Shown here in pieces: positions 35,399-46,500 of a DNA stretch of 53,523 nucleotides (positions are counted from its first letter, which is position 1; the number at the start of each line of letters is the position of its first letter). The DNA comes from Trypethelium eluteriae (taxonomy: Eukaryota): assembly GCA_051942245.1 (NCBI GenBank), contig JAVECL010000102.1:1-53523 (forward strand), in the 5' to 3' direction. The notes beneath the pieces were generated by a model. It was not told where the DNA came from. It saw only the letters and a list, made by a program, of their open reading frames with translations, and searched no databases. A program made the translations under genes and the position numbers.

Positions 35399-37573
35399 AT
35401 GTTGTATAAACCTCTACCGACAAACACATCCATCCGGCTTCTGTACGTTAATTGCACTGAAAATTTGGGATCAGCTCCAGGGCCTTCACCCACTCTCTCC
35501 TGTTTTACAAGGGTAATCGATCTAGACGATGAAGCTGGAGTACCTTCGTATGCATGTCTGTCTTACACGTGGTGCTCTCCATTCCCACTTCATCACCATC
35601 TTTCCTCCCAATACGATGTGACAACGAGATCGCATTTGCAGCAACCATTCATTGTTGTGGACGGAGAAAAGATGGTGGTCACGCTCTCGTTATATGAGGC
35701 ATTGCACCAGTTAAGAAATGATACTCCCGCGCGACTGCAGCCGATTTGGATAGATGCGGTTTGCATTGATCAGAGAAACCCTCAAGGGAATGTAGAGCGT
35801 TCCAAGCAAGTCGTCATTATGGACCGTATTTACGCAAGTGCTGAGAAAGTGCTCGTATGGCTAGGACCCGCAAGCCCCAAAGCATCAGATATTGCGATAG
35901 ATGCCCTTCGCAATCTTGCTCGCATCAATGTGAATGCGCTCGGTCTCGCGCTCATGAACGGCGTTATCGATATATCAGACCCAGATACTTATACAACACT
36001 CGGTATCAGTTCCATTTCCCGAAAAACTTGGAAGGATATCCGTGATTTTTACGAGCGTGCATGGTTCCAGCGAACATGGGTCACACAAGAAGCGGCACTT
36101 GCTCAATCTATATCATTTCATTTTGGACCGTATTCACTTTCATGGAAGGAGTTAGATGACGCATCGCACAACATATTTCGTCTGGGATTACCATTCGCAT
36201 CCAGCACTGCCTTTCTCGTTGGAGTAATCCAGAGTTTAGTAGAGCCTGACGAAGACCTACAAATAACCGAAGCCACCAGTCTTGCCTTCAGTAGCATCAA
36301 CACTATCAGGAGTGTTCGCCTTCAGCATGAGCGAGGAGGATACGGCACTAAGAGACGACCGCTTCCAAGGGCCGAAATCTCATATAATTCTTCCATAACT
36401 GCGACCAAGGAGTATGGAGGGGATCCAGAATCATGGAAAGACTTTTGGAAACTAATTTTACACAAGACGCGGCAAAACCAGGCCTCCGACCCTCGAGATA
36501 AAATCTATGGCTTTTTGGGTCTTCTTCGAGGAGTTACTGACAAATCCGGCCGTGAAATAATTATACCAAGTTATGAAGCTGACAACACTGTACAAAAGCT
36601 GTATACCGAAGTCACACGCAAGCTAACCGTTGATCAGCCAGAGGCTGCTTATACCCCCCAAACTAACAGTACTACTAGGGTTCCTCCTATCGAGGACCGT
36701 TCCGTGCGAATCCAGAGAGATCTGCCGTCTTGGGTACCTGACTATTCAGCTCCACAACGGCCGCGGCCTCTGATATCCAGTTCTGTAACTTGTTTTCACT
36801 ATCGCGCCAGCTTGCATATGACGGGTGGCTTCTTCGAGACGGGTAATGTTCGCTGGTACGGAATCCGCGGTATGCTGGTCAGTGAAGTAGCAGCTATAGG
36901 AGAAAGTTATGATGAGCTTAAGGAGACGTGCTCAGTTCGAAGATGTTTGCAAATGCTCACAAGCCTTCCCAACGATAATGATAGAGCAGAGACTTTGGCA
37001 CGTACACTCATCGCGAATCATTCACTTGGATTTGAAGTTCAATTAGACGAAGTAGCGGCTATTTTTCGCAGTTACATGACCTTGCTCAAAACGACCGAAA
37101 TCCATCGCGAGAAACGAGGAAAGCTGAAGAACGAGGATGACAACACTCTCCTCTCAGACATTGAAAGATCATGTGAAGAGCTCAATATACTTGGTGAACG
37201 CTGGAGACCGCACATATCTGACGTATTCGATAGCTTGACAGCGTTGCGAAACAAGAGCTCAATCAGGGCACGTACTGGCTTGGATAAGGCTCTCATTGAT
37301 CTGGCTTCCCGCTACGAATCTGCTTTGGACCTACTATTTGACTGTAGAAGATTCTTCTTGACAATTGACGCTAGAGTTGGGATTGGACCGCGATCCACGA
37401 GTCCTGGTGATGAGGTATGGCTTCTTCCGCCTGAGAGGAACTTTCACATTCTGCGCAGGCAGAGTAAGGGGAGACATGAACTACTGGGTGATGCATACGT
37501 ACACGACATCATGTTTGGTGAGTTTACGAAGTTCAAGTGGGAAGAGGACTTGGTCGATGTTTGCCTTGTGTGA
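35399..37573 (+). CDS. Heterokaryon incompatibility (HET-domain, HET-6-like) protein, intronless
   Basis: Motifs IRLL, YACLSYTW, IWIDAVCIDQ, ERSKQVVIMDRIYASAEKVLVWLG, WFQRTWVTQE, ASDPRDKIYGFLGL, LPSWVPDYS, GDEVWLL and LLGDAYVHDIMFGE. First ATG at 35399. Confidence 0.93.
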   Translation: MLYKPLPTNTSIRLLYVNCTENLGSAPGPSPTLSCFTRVIDLDDEAGVPSYACLSYTWCSPFPLHHHLSSQYDVTTRSHLQQPFIVVDGEKMVVTLSLYEALHQLRNDTPARLQPIWIDAVCIDQRNPQGNVERSKQVVIMDRIYASAEKVLVWLGPASPKASDIAIDALRNLARINVNALGLALMNGVIDISDPDTYTTLGISSISRKTWKDIRDFYERAWFQRTWVTQEAALAQSISFHFGPYSLSWKELDDASHNIFRLGLPFASSTAFLVGVIQSLVEPDEDLQITEATSLAFSSINTIRSVRLQHERGGYGTKRRPLPRAEISYNSSITATKEYGGDPESWKDFWKLILHKTRQNQASDPRDKIYGFLGLLRGVTDKSGREIIIPSYEADNTVQKLYTEVTRKLTVDQPEAAYTPQTNSTTRVPPIEDRSVRIQRDLPSWVPDYSAPQRPRPLISSSVTCFHYRASLHMTGGFFETGNVRWYGIRGMLVSEVAAIGESYDELKETCSVRRCLQMLTSLPNDNDRAETLARTLIANHSLGFEVQLDEVAAIFRSYMTLLKTTEIHREKRGKLKNEDDNTLLSDIERSCEELNILGERWRPHISDVFDSLTALRNKSSIRARTGLDKALIDLASRYESALDLLFDCRRFFLTIDARVGIGPRSTSPGDEVWLLPPERNFHILRRQSKGRHELLGDAYVHDIMFGEFTKFKWEEDLVDVCLV

Positions 37574-38423
37574 ACTTTGAGTTACCTCGGCTTAAATTCT
37601 AGCGCTGCTTTATCTGTCCTTCTACTTTCGACGTCCTTCATTCTTGCCGTGTCCGTTTGAACACTATTCCATTTGGTCTCTGGCAACTAAGTGACCTTGA
37701 TCATCTTTGTGGTGGCATGACCACTAGAAATGGCGCCATCAACGGCAAACATACTAATACCGCTCAAAAAGGCCCAGGCAGTGCTAATACCAGCATCTTA
37801 AGAGCATGAGAAGCAACACCAAGTCGTACCAGAAGCAGGCATATCTCCGAGAAAGCCAGATTTCCGACCAGTAAAACTATTTATGGCAATTTGAGCTTTG
37901 TCTGAACCACCCGACTTGGCAATTGCACCGACTCCAATTCAGCAAGAGTACGCTATGTCTCGTTAAGCTGCCTCGTTTTTATCTTCAGTCGTCTGGATTT
38001 TAGCGCATGCTTATATTACGTCCTTTATATCGTTGTGGATCTTCGCACGTCTGTATGGTCTCCCGGTTTGAGCTGTATCAGCATATGATATTCGAACGCA
38101 ACCGCTCGAACATTTGCATGAAAGTTTGCTATAGATGTTCTAGGGTTGCTGCAATTTTACTGCACTGATGAGAGATTACTATCCTTTTCGTTGGATCGTC
38201 TCAAACCAAGGTCTTTCTGAATTAAACGTACAGTTTTGGCTACGATCTTTCCACAATCCCAGAAGAACGCATTGAGATGATATAATATCAGTATTTGAGT
38301 GGCTTGATAACTACAGAGACTTGAGTTGGGTATGGAGTGCTTCTAACAAAAATCCACTAAACTTCAAAAACGACTTCTCCTTTCTTTCCGCCTATAGAGG
38401 TTATCGGCGATCTTTCACAATCT

Positions 38424-38660
38424 TTAGGCGCCACCTTCCCGCTTCGCATACTCCTCCTCAATCCTCTCTTCATACAACTTCTCGGCCGCCTTCTCTGCAT
38501 CGCCCTTTGCACCATCGTTCCCTCCAGACGGCTTATCTGATCCGCCAATCGTACTGCTAATGTTGGAAACGCGGTCTCTGACCGAAGACGAGGAAGGCGA
38601 TGTTTCAGGAGCCTCGGGTTTTTCTTCGGCTGGGCCGGCGGTTTGAAGTGGAAGTGGCAT
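38424..38660 (-). CDS. Small (78 aa) fungal protein of unknown function
   Basis: The C-terminus AAEKLYEERIEEEYAKREGGA matches a motif I recall from small conserved Pezizomycotina proteins. The ATG context (ACAATG) is good. Confidence 0.7.
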   Translation of the reverse strand: MPLPLQTAGPAEEKPEAPETSPSSSSVRDRVSNISSTIGGSDKPSGGNDGAKGDAEKAAEKLYEERIEEEYAKREGGA

Positions 38661-39148
38661 TGTTGTGTTGATAGTTTCCGCAGTGTTCTGGGAGTTGCAC
38701 GGAGGATGGATTGACTTGAACTGGAGCTGAAGTTGATTTGTTTCTAGAGGCCAGTAGAGCTTTCAAAGGCTCCTTGCAGGACTTACGAGGAATCGTGAGT
38801 TGGGAGGATCTAAAGGAGCAGGTGAAGAAAGGCAGATGAGATGTCCGGAAGTGTGGCGTTGGGTAAACCTTCAACTACGTCATCTGAGAGGTGGCGTAAT
38901 GGTGGCGGTGCACGGCACTTGTGCGGCGGTAGAGAAGTACAAGAATCTAACTGTCGTGCTACAATGCAGACCATTTTCACTATTAGAGGCTAATGTCTTG
39001 ACTAGGAGCTACGTAGACAGACTTAAATTTGGTACATAGAATAGAGCTGCAGGAAGGAAGACAATGAGGTATCTCAAAAACAAAAAGAATCGACGCAATT
39101 AAAAACCTACTCCATCTCTTCCATACCCAAGAGCATCCAAGTGTGATT

Positions 39149-41434
39149 CTAAGAAGCCTGAACCTCCAGTCCCGGGATTGTCATCCCGTATCCCACTGTC
39201 CGTCCATTCGGATCATTGGCTTTCACCTCAACCATGATACTCACATCCAATCCGTACTTCCCTCCCAACCCCGTTTTTTTCAGACCACTTGCAGCAGGAT
39301 GCTGCGTGCCTGCGTTCTCCTCTCCAGCATGCAGCGCTGTGCGAGGATTGCTGCTTTTAGTGCCATTACCATTCGCAGGAACAGCCTCACCATCAGGGAC
39401 GCCGTTCGTGGTGGCAACTCCATCCACCTCCGCGTCATCAAAGCTATGGCTCTCGTCGATAATGGCGTAGTTGCGGCTTGGCATGGTGGAATGATTTCCA
39501 TCTGCCGTCTTCCTCGCTACACCGGTGTCGCCCTCGCCAGGGTCCCTGTCGAAGAAGTACATAAGCGTCTCGTCGGTCTTGTCGTCAAGATGATGGACTT
39601 TGTTTCTTCTCGCCAATAGATTTGCCACGGCTTGGGGAGGTGGCTTGTTTGTTATAGCGCTTGAGATGATGTTCGGCATATAGCGGAAGTCGTTTTCGGC
39701 GGGGATTTCAAGCTTAGGGTTGCTATAGAAGCGTCCTAACGCGGCTAAATGCACGTCACCGCCGAGGATGGAAATGCGGACGCTGTGCTTCTTTGAGATA
39801 TCTTGAAGACGATGAACAAGCATTTTGCGCTCTTTCTTGTGCTGATGTGCGGTATAGTGGTCATCGAGATCATCTAAAATGTCGACATTCCCATCAAAGT
39901 GATTGAAAAATCCTCCAGCTACACCAAAGCGCTTGTTGAAGAAGCGTATCGGACCAATGATTGGAGACTGCAGAATGTTTTCCAACCATTGAAGACGTGG
40001 ATAGGCGATAGGCACGCCGAGTAGGAGGATGAAGTGCTTGAGATTCTTGTTGGCCTGCAGTTCGGTGGAAACTCGAGCGAAGATTTTGTCGTAAGTATCT
40101 GGGTAATTGATTTGGTGACGAGTCCGCTCCGTACGTGCATCAATACCAAGAAAAGCGACATGTGCACCGAGCTGGCAATAGACTGATCTGCTCTTCTCTT
40201 CAACGTATGGCCCTGGGCGCCCACCAAGGACGAAAGAGGGATCTTCATTCTTCTCAGTCATGACGAAATTCTCCTTCTCTTGGACGGGGTCTTCCGCAAC
40301 ACCATTTGTGCCCGGTGTACCAGTTATGCCTGGGGCATCGGTTGTGAAGGTTGTCCTTGGGGGAGGGACGTGGTGTTGGAACAGCATATAGTACTTGTGT
40401 GCAACACCTCCGATCCCGCGGAAGACGGGACATTGCATGAAATGATCGGTGTACGAGCCAAAGCCGTCGATAATATCATGGTCGTCCCACACATTCACCT
40501 GGGGAATTTGACCATTCGCCGTTGCAAAGGGCTCAGTATTGTACCACCGTGTGTAGTTTTTGAAGTAATAGTCGTCACAGGCTCGGCGCATGCCCTCGTC
40601 AAAGGGAAATTTTCTTCTTTTCTGCGGGTTGCCAATGTCGGTCCAGGCTCTCAATGGACCGTCTACTCGCACACCATCGTTGTAAATTTGGTCACCGCCT
40701 CCGATCATAACATGTATTGGTTTTTGGGTGTGGATTCTGAGAACGTCTTCCCAAACCACTGGTCCACCACCGAATGCAGGAATATCCGTGCCAACACTGA
40801 AGCCATTGCAGGAATGGAACATGATGCGCATCGATTGTTTTTTGGATGGAACGCAGAACGTTTTTGTGGATGTCTTCTTGGTGTCCTGCCCGCTATCCTC
40901 CTCTACAAATCGTACCCTTGGTATTGTGTATTCCCAACTTGACTCATGCTCCTCGAAGGGCACATCAATCCGAAATCTCCAAAACGTCTTTTCCTTATCT
41001 GCATATAGCTTCTCGCTCGCAAAAGATCGTTGTTTGCCGGACTGACTAACACCGTTGATCCCGTTGACCTGGTTTGGACCGCCCGGCTGTCCAAGTCCCC
41101 TCAAATGTAGTTCTGGCTGGGGCTGTGCATTCTTGGTAACGATTAAGACTGAACCATGCCATACCGGGTTACGGGAGGTTCCATTGCTGGTATGCTTGTA
41201 GTTGAGAAGGGGTCCACAGAGGACTTCGAGCTCATCCGTGTTGTTCCTGCCCTGCCGTTCGTTCACAGCACCATCCATAGAACTCGGAGGAGGCTGATGA
41301 ATGCCATTCGTTTCTTCGTGCAGCTGAACTGCTGATTTGATCTCCCCAGCAAATGCATTTGCAGCAGTGCCGATGCCCGGTCTGGTATCTGGGTCTGGCT
41401 CGGGACCAGTCCTGCTCATATTATTCGAGTTCAT
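39149..41434 (-). CDS. PhoD-like metallophosphoesterase (fungal PhoD-related family), intronless
   Basis: Metal-ligand motifs RIMFHSCNGFS, HVMIGGGDQIYND, WDDHDIIDGFGSY, DARTER and ILGGDVHLAA in a 761-aa ORF. Confidence 0.9.
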   Translation of the reverse strand: MNSNNMSRTGPEPDPDTRPGIGTAANAFAGEIKSAVQLHEETNGIHQPPPSSMDGAVNERQGRNNTDELEVLCGPLLNYKHTSNGTSRNPVWHGSVLIVTKNAQPQPELHLRGLGQPGGPNQVNGINGVSQSGKQRSFASEKLYADKEKTFWRFRIDVPFEEHESSWEYTIPRVRFVEEDSGQDTKKTSTKTFCVPSKKQSMRIMFHSCNGFSVGTDIPAFGGGPVVWEDVLRIHTQKPIHVMIGGGDQIYNDGVRVDGPLRAWTDIGNPQKRRKFPFDEGMRRACDDYYFKNYTRWYNTEPFATANGQIPQVNVWDDHDIIDGFGSYTDHFMQCPVFRGIGGVAHKYYMLFQHHVPPPRTTFTTDAPGITGTPGTNGVAEDPVQEKENFVMTEKNEDPSFVLGGRPGPYVEEKSRSVYCQLGAHVAFLGIDARTERTRHQINYPDTYDKIFARVSTELQANKNLKHFILLLGVPIAYPRLQWLENILQSPIIGPIRFFNKRFGVAGGFFNHFDGNVDILDDLDDHYTAHQHKKERKMLVHRLQDISKKHSVRISILGGDVHLAALGRFYSNPKLEIPAENDFRYMPNIISSAITNKPPPQAVANLLARRNKVHHLDDKTDETLMYFFDRDPGEGDTGVARKTADGNHSTMPSRNYAIIDESHSFDDAEVDGVATTNGVPDGEAVPANGNGTKSSNPRTALHAGEENAGTQHPAASGLKKTGLGGKYGLDVSIMVEVKANDPNGRTVGYGMTIPGLEVQAS

Positions 41435-42392
41435 TGAAGCACAATGTTACGAGCAGTGGGACAATGTATTTCGGAATCGTTAATGTAGGCCTGTGCCGCT
41501 CGAAAGGAAAGCTCGCTCGAGGGATAAGGTTCAAGGTACTTGATTATGAGTTAGAGACAGTGTTAAAGGATTGACATAACGGCAAAGTCAGCTGGAAGTC
41601 GAAGAGGTCATCGACGGAACAGGGAAATGAGCGCCAAGCGTCCGTTGTGGAAGGCTGCATGTGTAAGGGAAGACTAGGGTCGTCAATGGTGGATGTTTGA
41701 CCTTGACAGCTCGAATCCCTACCTTGGTATGCACCTATCGTACGGGGGTTATTAGTTTGTCGATCTTCCGAGAACCATTAGTGTCATCCAACGAATCATG
41801 CAACCGGAAATTACCGAATGACACCGAGCAAGAGTTTGATTGCTAGAGGTACTGATGCTACCTGTTTTCTGATTCGTGAGCAGCAGAGACCCAGAAGCTA
41901 ATTAGAGCAATTCACCGAGAGGCATTCTCCGCCACGCTATCATTTCCCTGCTCAATCATTTCAGCACCTCAGTATGCTTAGTGTGGATGACGCGCATAGA
42001 GATGAACCCCCAGAATTCTACGAAATATACGCCGGCAATGATGCCTTCGTGGCAAATCCCCCACCAGATAGTGTTAGAAACCTTGTAAGCACAGCTCTGC
42101 TGACTTCAATGTCTGGTCCAAATCAGAACGATTGGGCTTCTTGCCCGACTACACCTCTCTAGGTCTGCTTCGCAATCTGGATATGCCCATGCGTGTCCAC
42201 TAGGAAGCCTCTGTCGTCGGATTCTTTGTTCAGTACGCGAGCGTATCCTCTCGGACCTACGAGGAAAGTCCTCCCTCCGGCTTTCTGGGACATTGGAAGA
42301 TCCGCAAAGTCTATCTCCGAAGTACTCCCTACCCTGACCTCAGTCTTAACATTATTTCTTGAATAGAGAAAATATGAAAGAATGCTGTTTGC

Positions 42393-43187
42393 TTACTCTC
42401 TATCATCTTGGCCTTTCTCGGTTCTGTTCGCTTTCTTGGACTTCTTTGGCTTTTGACCATTTTCAGTCCCGTCGTCCTCCTCTTCCCCCTTATTTTCGAG
42501 GCCTCTCTTCTTCCTTCTCTCCTGTCCCGCTCCAGTAAACATTCCATATTTCCTCCGATTCGCCTTAACCGTGACATGGCTCGTCACCCCATCATAGCTC
42601 TTCCCCTTGCTCATCTTCACATCAGTCCTCTCTCCGGCACCCTTCGCCTTATCATCTTTACGGACGTGGCCTGCCCTCACATCATCCTTGTCCTTTCCCT
42701 TACCCCTTCCCTTCCTACCCGCTATCTTCTCGTCCTGTGCTCTTCTCATCTGATTCCTAGCCTTGGTCGTCTTGCTTTTCTGGACTGCGCGTCTCACTTT
42801 CTGAGATAATTTGGGTTTGCCGAAGAGATTACCGTAGATAGCCTGCGCAATCTCGTCCTCGCTTCCTTCGTCGGAGTCGGTATCGTGACTTCCTTTCCCG
42901 ATGTCGCTGTCGTCTGAGACGGAAACGAAGTCGTTGCTGAGAGAGAATGGTCTCGCTTGGCTCGGTCTAGCAGTCTGCTCGTCTTCTTTTAATGCGTCAC
43001 CTCGTGTGGGAAGTGAGTGGGAGTTTAGGTTGCGAGATCCCTCAGTGGGTGTGGTGGTGCGAGCGGCGAACTCGCGTTGGAGACGAGGGGAGAAATTGAC
43101 AAACTGATGGAGGTGGGTATGGAGGGTAGAATTGTCAAGGCCAAAGGATCGAACATCCTTGTTTGGACTGGGATCCGAGTCTGCCAT
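42393..43187 (-). CDS. Hypothetical protein with acidic patch and long Lys/Arg-rich C-terminus
   Basis: Uninterrupted frame of about 264 codons from ATG 43187 with coding-like purine bias. No recognisable domain. Confidence 0.6.
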   Translation of the reverse strand: MADSDPSPNKDVRSFGLDNSTLHTHLHQFVNFSPRLQREFAARTTTPTEGSRNLNSHSLPTRGDALKEDEQTARPSQARPFSLSNDFVSVSDDSDIGKGSHDTDSDEGSEDEIAQAIYGNLFGKPKLSQKVRRAVQKSKTTKARNQMRRAQDEKIAGRKGRGKGKDKDDVRAGHVRKDDKAKGAGERTDVKMSKGKSYDGVTSHVTVKANRRKYGMFTGAGQERRKKRGLENKGEEEDDGTENGQKPKKSKKANRTEKGQDDRE

Positions 43188-43437
43188 TACCTGGTAGGTA
43201 GGATGATGAGTGAAGCCGAGAGTGTTGGCAAGCCTACAGTCTCCGCGCACAGAGATCAGGTATAAAAAAGGCTTGCTGAAGCGAAGAGTAACGACATGTT
43301 CGGGGCATTCTCACTAGGCATGGGTGATGTGAGTGACCATGCTCGGGACTCAATGCGATTAACGGCTTTTCCTATTTTGGTCTGCTAAGCTTTTCCTATT
43401 ATAATCTTTCCAGTGCTGTTCGCGTCCGAATTCCATT

Positions 43438-45661
43438 TCATTCATCCTCATCATCAGACCCAAAGATTGCCTTGAAGACTGCATCACCGGGTCTTTCTCC
43501 CTCGAGCGCCTCATTCTTCTCCACGTCCACTGCCGCTCTTTCTGGTACCTCCTGTTCCTTTGTAATGTCTCCCTCCGCTGCCTTGGCTTCACGCAACCTA
43601 TCTGAGTCCATTGCCACTGCTTCCATCATCATCTCATTCATTGCAGTTTTACCAACAACTTCCAACTTGTTCTTATTCCTTTCCGATTGTCCATTGTCGC
43701 CGGGGGCAGCTCCAGAATCCACCATCACGTGAACCGGTGGTTGAACATTAAAGCGCTTGCAAACTAATCTCGTTGGAAAGAATCGAAATTCGGTCCTGGT
43801 CATGGGACCAAACATGCCCATCTTTGCTGCCTCCTCTGCAGGATCCTGCGATTTCTCGCTCGCCTTTCGCAACAGCGACTCACCCTCCCGCCCACTGCTG
43901 GTCGCATCTCCCCGTTCGTGCTCCCGGTCCGATGCTCCCTGGGGACCGGTAGAGCTCGATGTAAATCGACTAGCCATCAGCCCCTTCATCGGCTTAAAGA
44001 CTCTCGCCGCGTGTGCAAATTCCGCAAGCTCCCGCAGCCATTCACTTCTTGTGTGGCCCGGGGTCCGCTTCAGGGTCGACACGTCGGAATTCAGACCGCC
44101 GCGATATTCCATGAACGCTCGGTACCGCGCCCGTTTGTCAAGGTCTTCAGAGTAGGGCATCCAGCCTCCGATACCGCGGCCGAGAGCGGCGAGCGCGATC
44201 TCTTTGTCGAGATCAGGGATAGCATTGGCGTCTGAACCAGGCTGTTTGGAAGTAGAGCCGGAAGGAGGTAGCTCATTTCCGGCGGCGGGGAGGTTGGAGC
44301 GGCCGGAGGCAGAGACCAGGCGGTCGCGAGCTTCGGAGGAGAGGAAATCAAAGACAGATTTTCCGGGGAGTTGAGTTTCACCGAGGAGAGCAGCGCGAGA
44401 TTTGGGATCAAGAGTGGATGCTTTGGCTGCATCTGCTGTAGATTGGTAGGGTGTGGAGGTTGAGTTGGGACTGGATGGCTGCTTTGATGATTTCCAAACA
44501 GAAGGTATCTCAGGCGGTTGGTATTTCTTGCCAGTTTCTGTAAGCGTTGTCGTGATGGCTAAGAGGAAGCCATTGAGCGGCAGGCGACCATCGTGGCATT
44601 TTCGGAACCCCTTCGCTGAGGCTTTACTCTTGGAAATAAAGACCGGCTTGTTTCGGAGCGATGGATTGGCAAAGCTTCTAGAGCTTACCTTCACGCTTGA
44701 TGACTTCTTGCCTTTCTTCTTGTCCCCGCCAACTGTCCGATTCAGTGACAACTTGGGCCCTAGTTCATAAGGATCTTCCTCATCTGACCCAGTATCGTTC
44801 AGAATGCCCACCCCCAACCCTGTTCGGTGACCATTATCTTTTTTGGTATCAAACCTTTTGCGACTTGCTGCGAGGAGTTCGGCATCATCTTCCTCGTCCT
44901 TCAGATCCTCTTTATGGTCCACTGACGCAAGGCCACCCTCGCCTCTATAACCAAGACCCTTGTTATCGGTTTTCCTAACAAAGGATATCATTGGACTGTC
45001 TTCAGGTGCAAATAGATGGGCATCTTCTTTTGCATCTGTTTCGGCCTTGACCTCATCAAATCTAGTGGCACGACGGACTTTTGGTCCCACTCCTTGTCCT
45101 GGTCGCCAACCCATTCTTTGCAGCAGTTTCCGACCCATGGTTTCGCCGCCTGGTCTGAGCAAATCGATCAACGTGTCCCTCCGTAACCCATCGTCCTCAG
45201 TAGACCCAAGCCCGGCAAATGCGCCCTGGGTTTGCAGTTTTTGAGCTTCGGCGACATCTGCTAGATCCTCCTCGTCCATGAAATCTTCTGCGCGTGCGCG
45301 GGACTGTGTTTGGGTGTCCTTGTGGCGATTTGTACGAGAAGATACGAATGTGGAGGGAGTCCATCCTTCTTTGGAGCCCACAGTATTGAAGTACCTACAT
45401 TTTAGATAGTCGGTTGATATTTAAATCCGCTAGATTGTTGCCAAGCTCATCTTACCCAGCGCTGAAGCCGCCCGTAAACGCCCCATGCAGGCGTTTGCGG
45501 CCTCGTTCATCTGTGACCTCCTGTTTCCAGACGGGGACGTAAGACCCATCATCTCGAGCGTCCGCGTCGAGGGGAGGAAGGGGAGTGCCATAAAAAGCGT
45601 AAGGCGACTCCTGAGCTTGAAGATCGGCTTCGAAGCTGGCACGAGGCCTCTTGTGCGCCAT
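43438..45661 (-). CDS. G-patch domain protein, GPATCH1/DUF1604 family; intron 45395-45455
   Basis: [48 protein letters not shown] (DUF1604), G-patch [29 protein letters not shown]...[11 protein letters not shown] and C-terminal [13 protein letters not shown]. Confidence 0.93.
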
Positions 45662-46500
45662 AGTTGTAGAGGTGCCGCGTATCAGCTTGTGGAGAAGAGA
45701 GCGAGCGAGAGACGTGCGACGTTGCCAGCGCAGGTACAGATAAGAAAAGAAGCTCGACGTCAACCAGCTCCAGCTTCATCCGCTTTCGCACCTTCAGGTA
45801 ATACCACACTAGGTACCAGCGCGCAACCCCTGTTAGTAAGGGAAGCCTCAGGACCCTGACTGCGGAGCTTGACACCTTAAGGTTGGCTGTCATCCGCTAC
45901 TCCGTAATCCGTTTGCCTACTGCGATACCTTCTTCATTTACGGGAGCACTGCCTGAGCGCTTTGAACAAGACACAGCCAAGTTTGCAACAGCGGAGAGGC
46001 AACCAAGCTCCGCCTTTGTCTTGATGAGCATCATCCCGGTCGAGCAAGAATGCCCCTGACGACTGCCTCCTCATCTTTGCAGACGCGCCAGAGCATTCGC
46101 GCGTGAATCATCTGGGCCGCTTGCGCGCCGCGATTCATCTGTTCATCTCTATTTGAACCTCGTGCGTCGACTGCGTCGTTGTCATCAGACCCATCTCTCA
46201 CGGCTAGGAGGGGCCTCGTGCTAGGACAGCCAAACCCAGCCTCCTGCTGCCAACAACCGTGCGACTCGACGCGACATCCCACCACTCACGCGAATCCACA
46301 AAGTCTCGCCTCCCGGTGTCGCACGCTATTGCTCATCCCGATCGAGAGATTCTAGTGGTCAGTCAGCCAAGGGCAGCGCACCCGCAGGTTCTCTCCACAA
46401 CCTTCACTTCCCACGGCCTGTCTTTTTCTATATTTACTACCCAGACATCACTTCTCAGCTATTCTGATCTCGTCAATCGCTTGGATTTGCCGCCCTTGCG

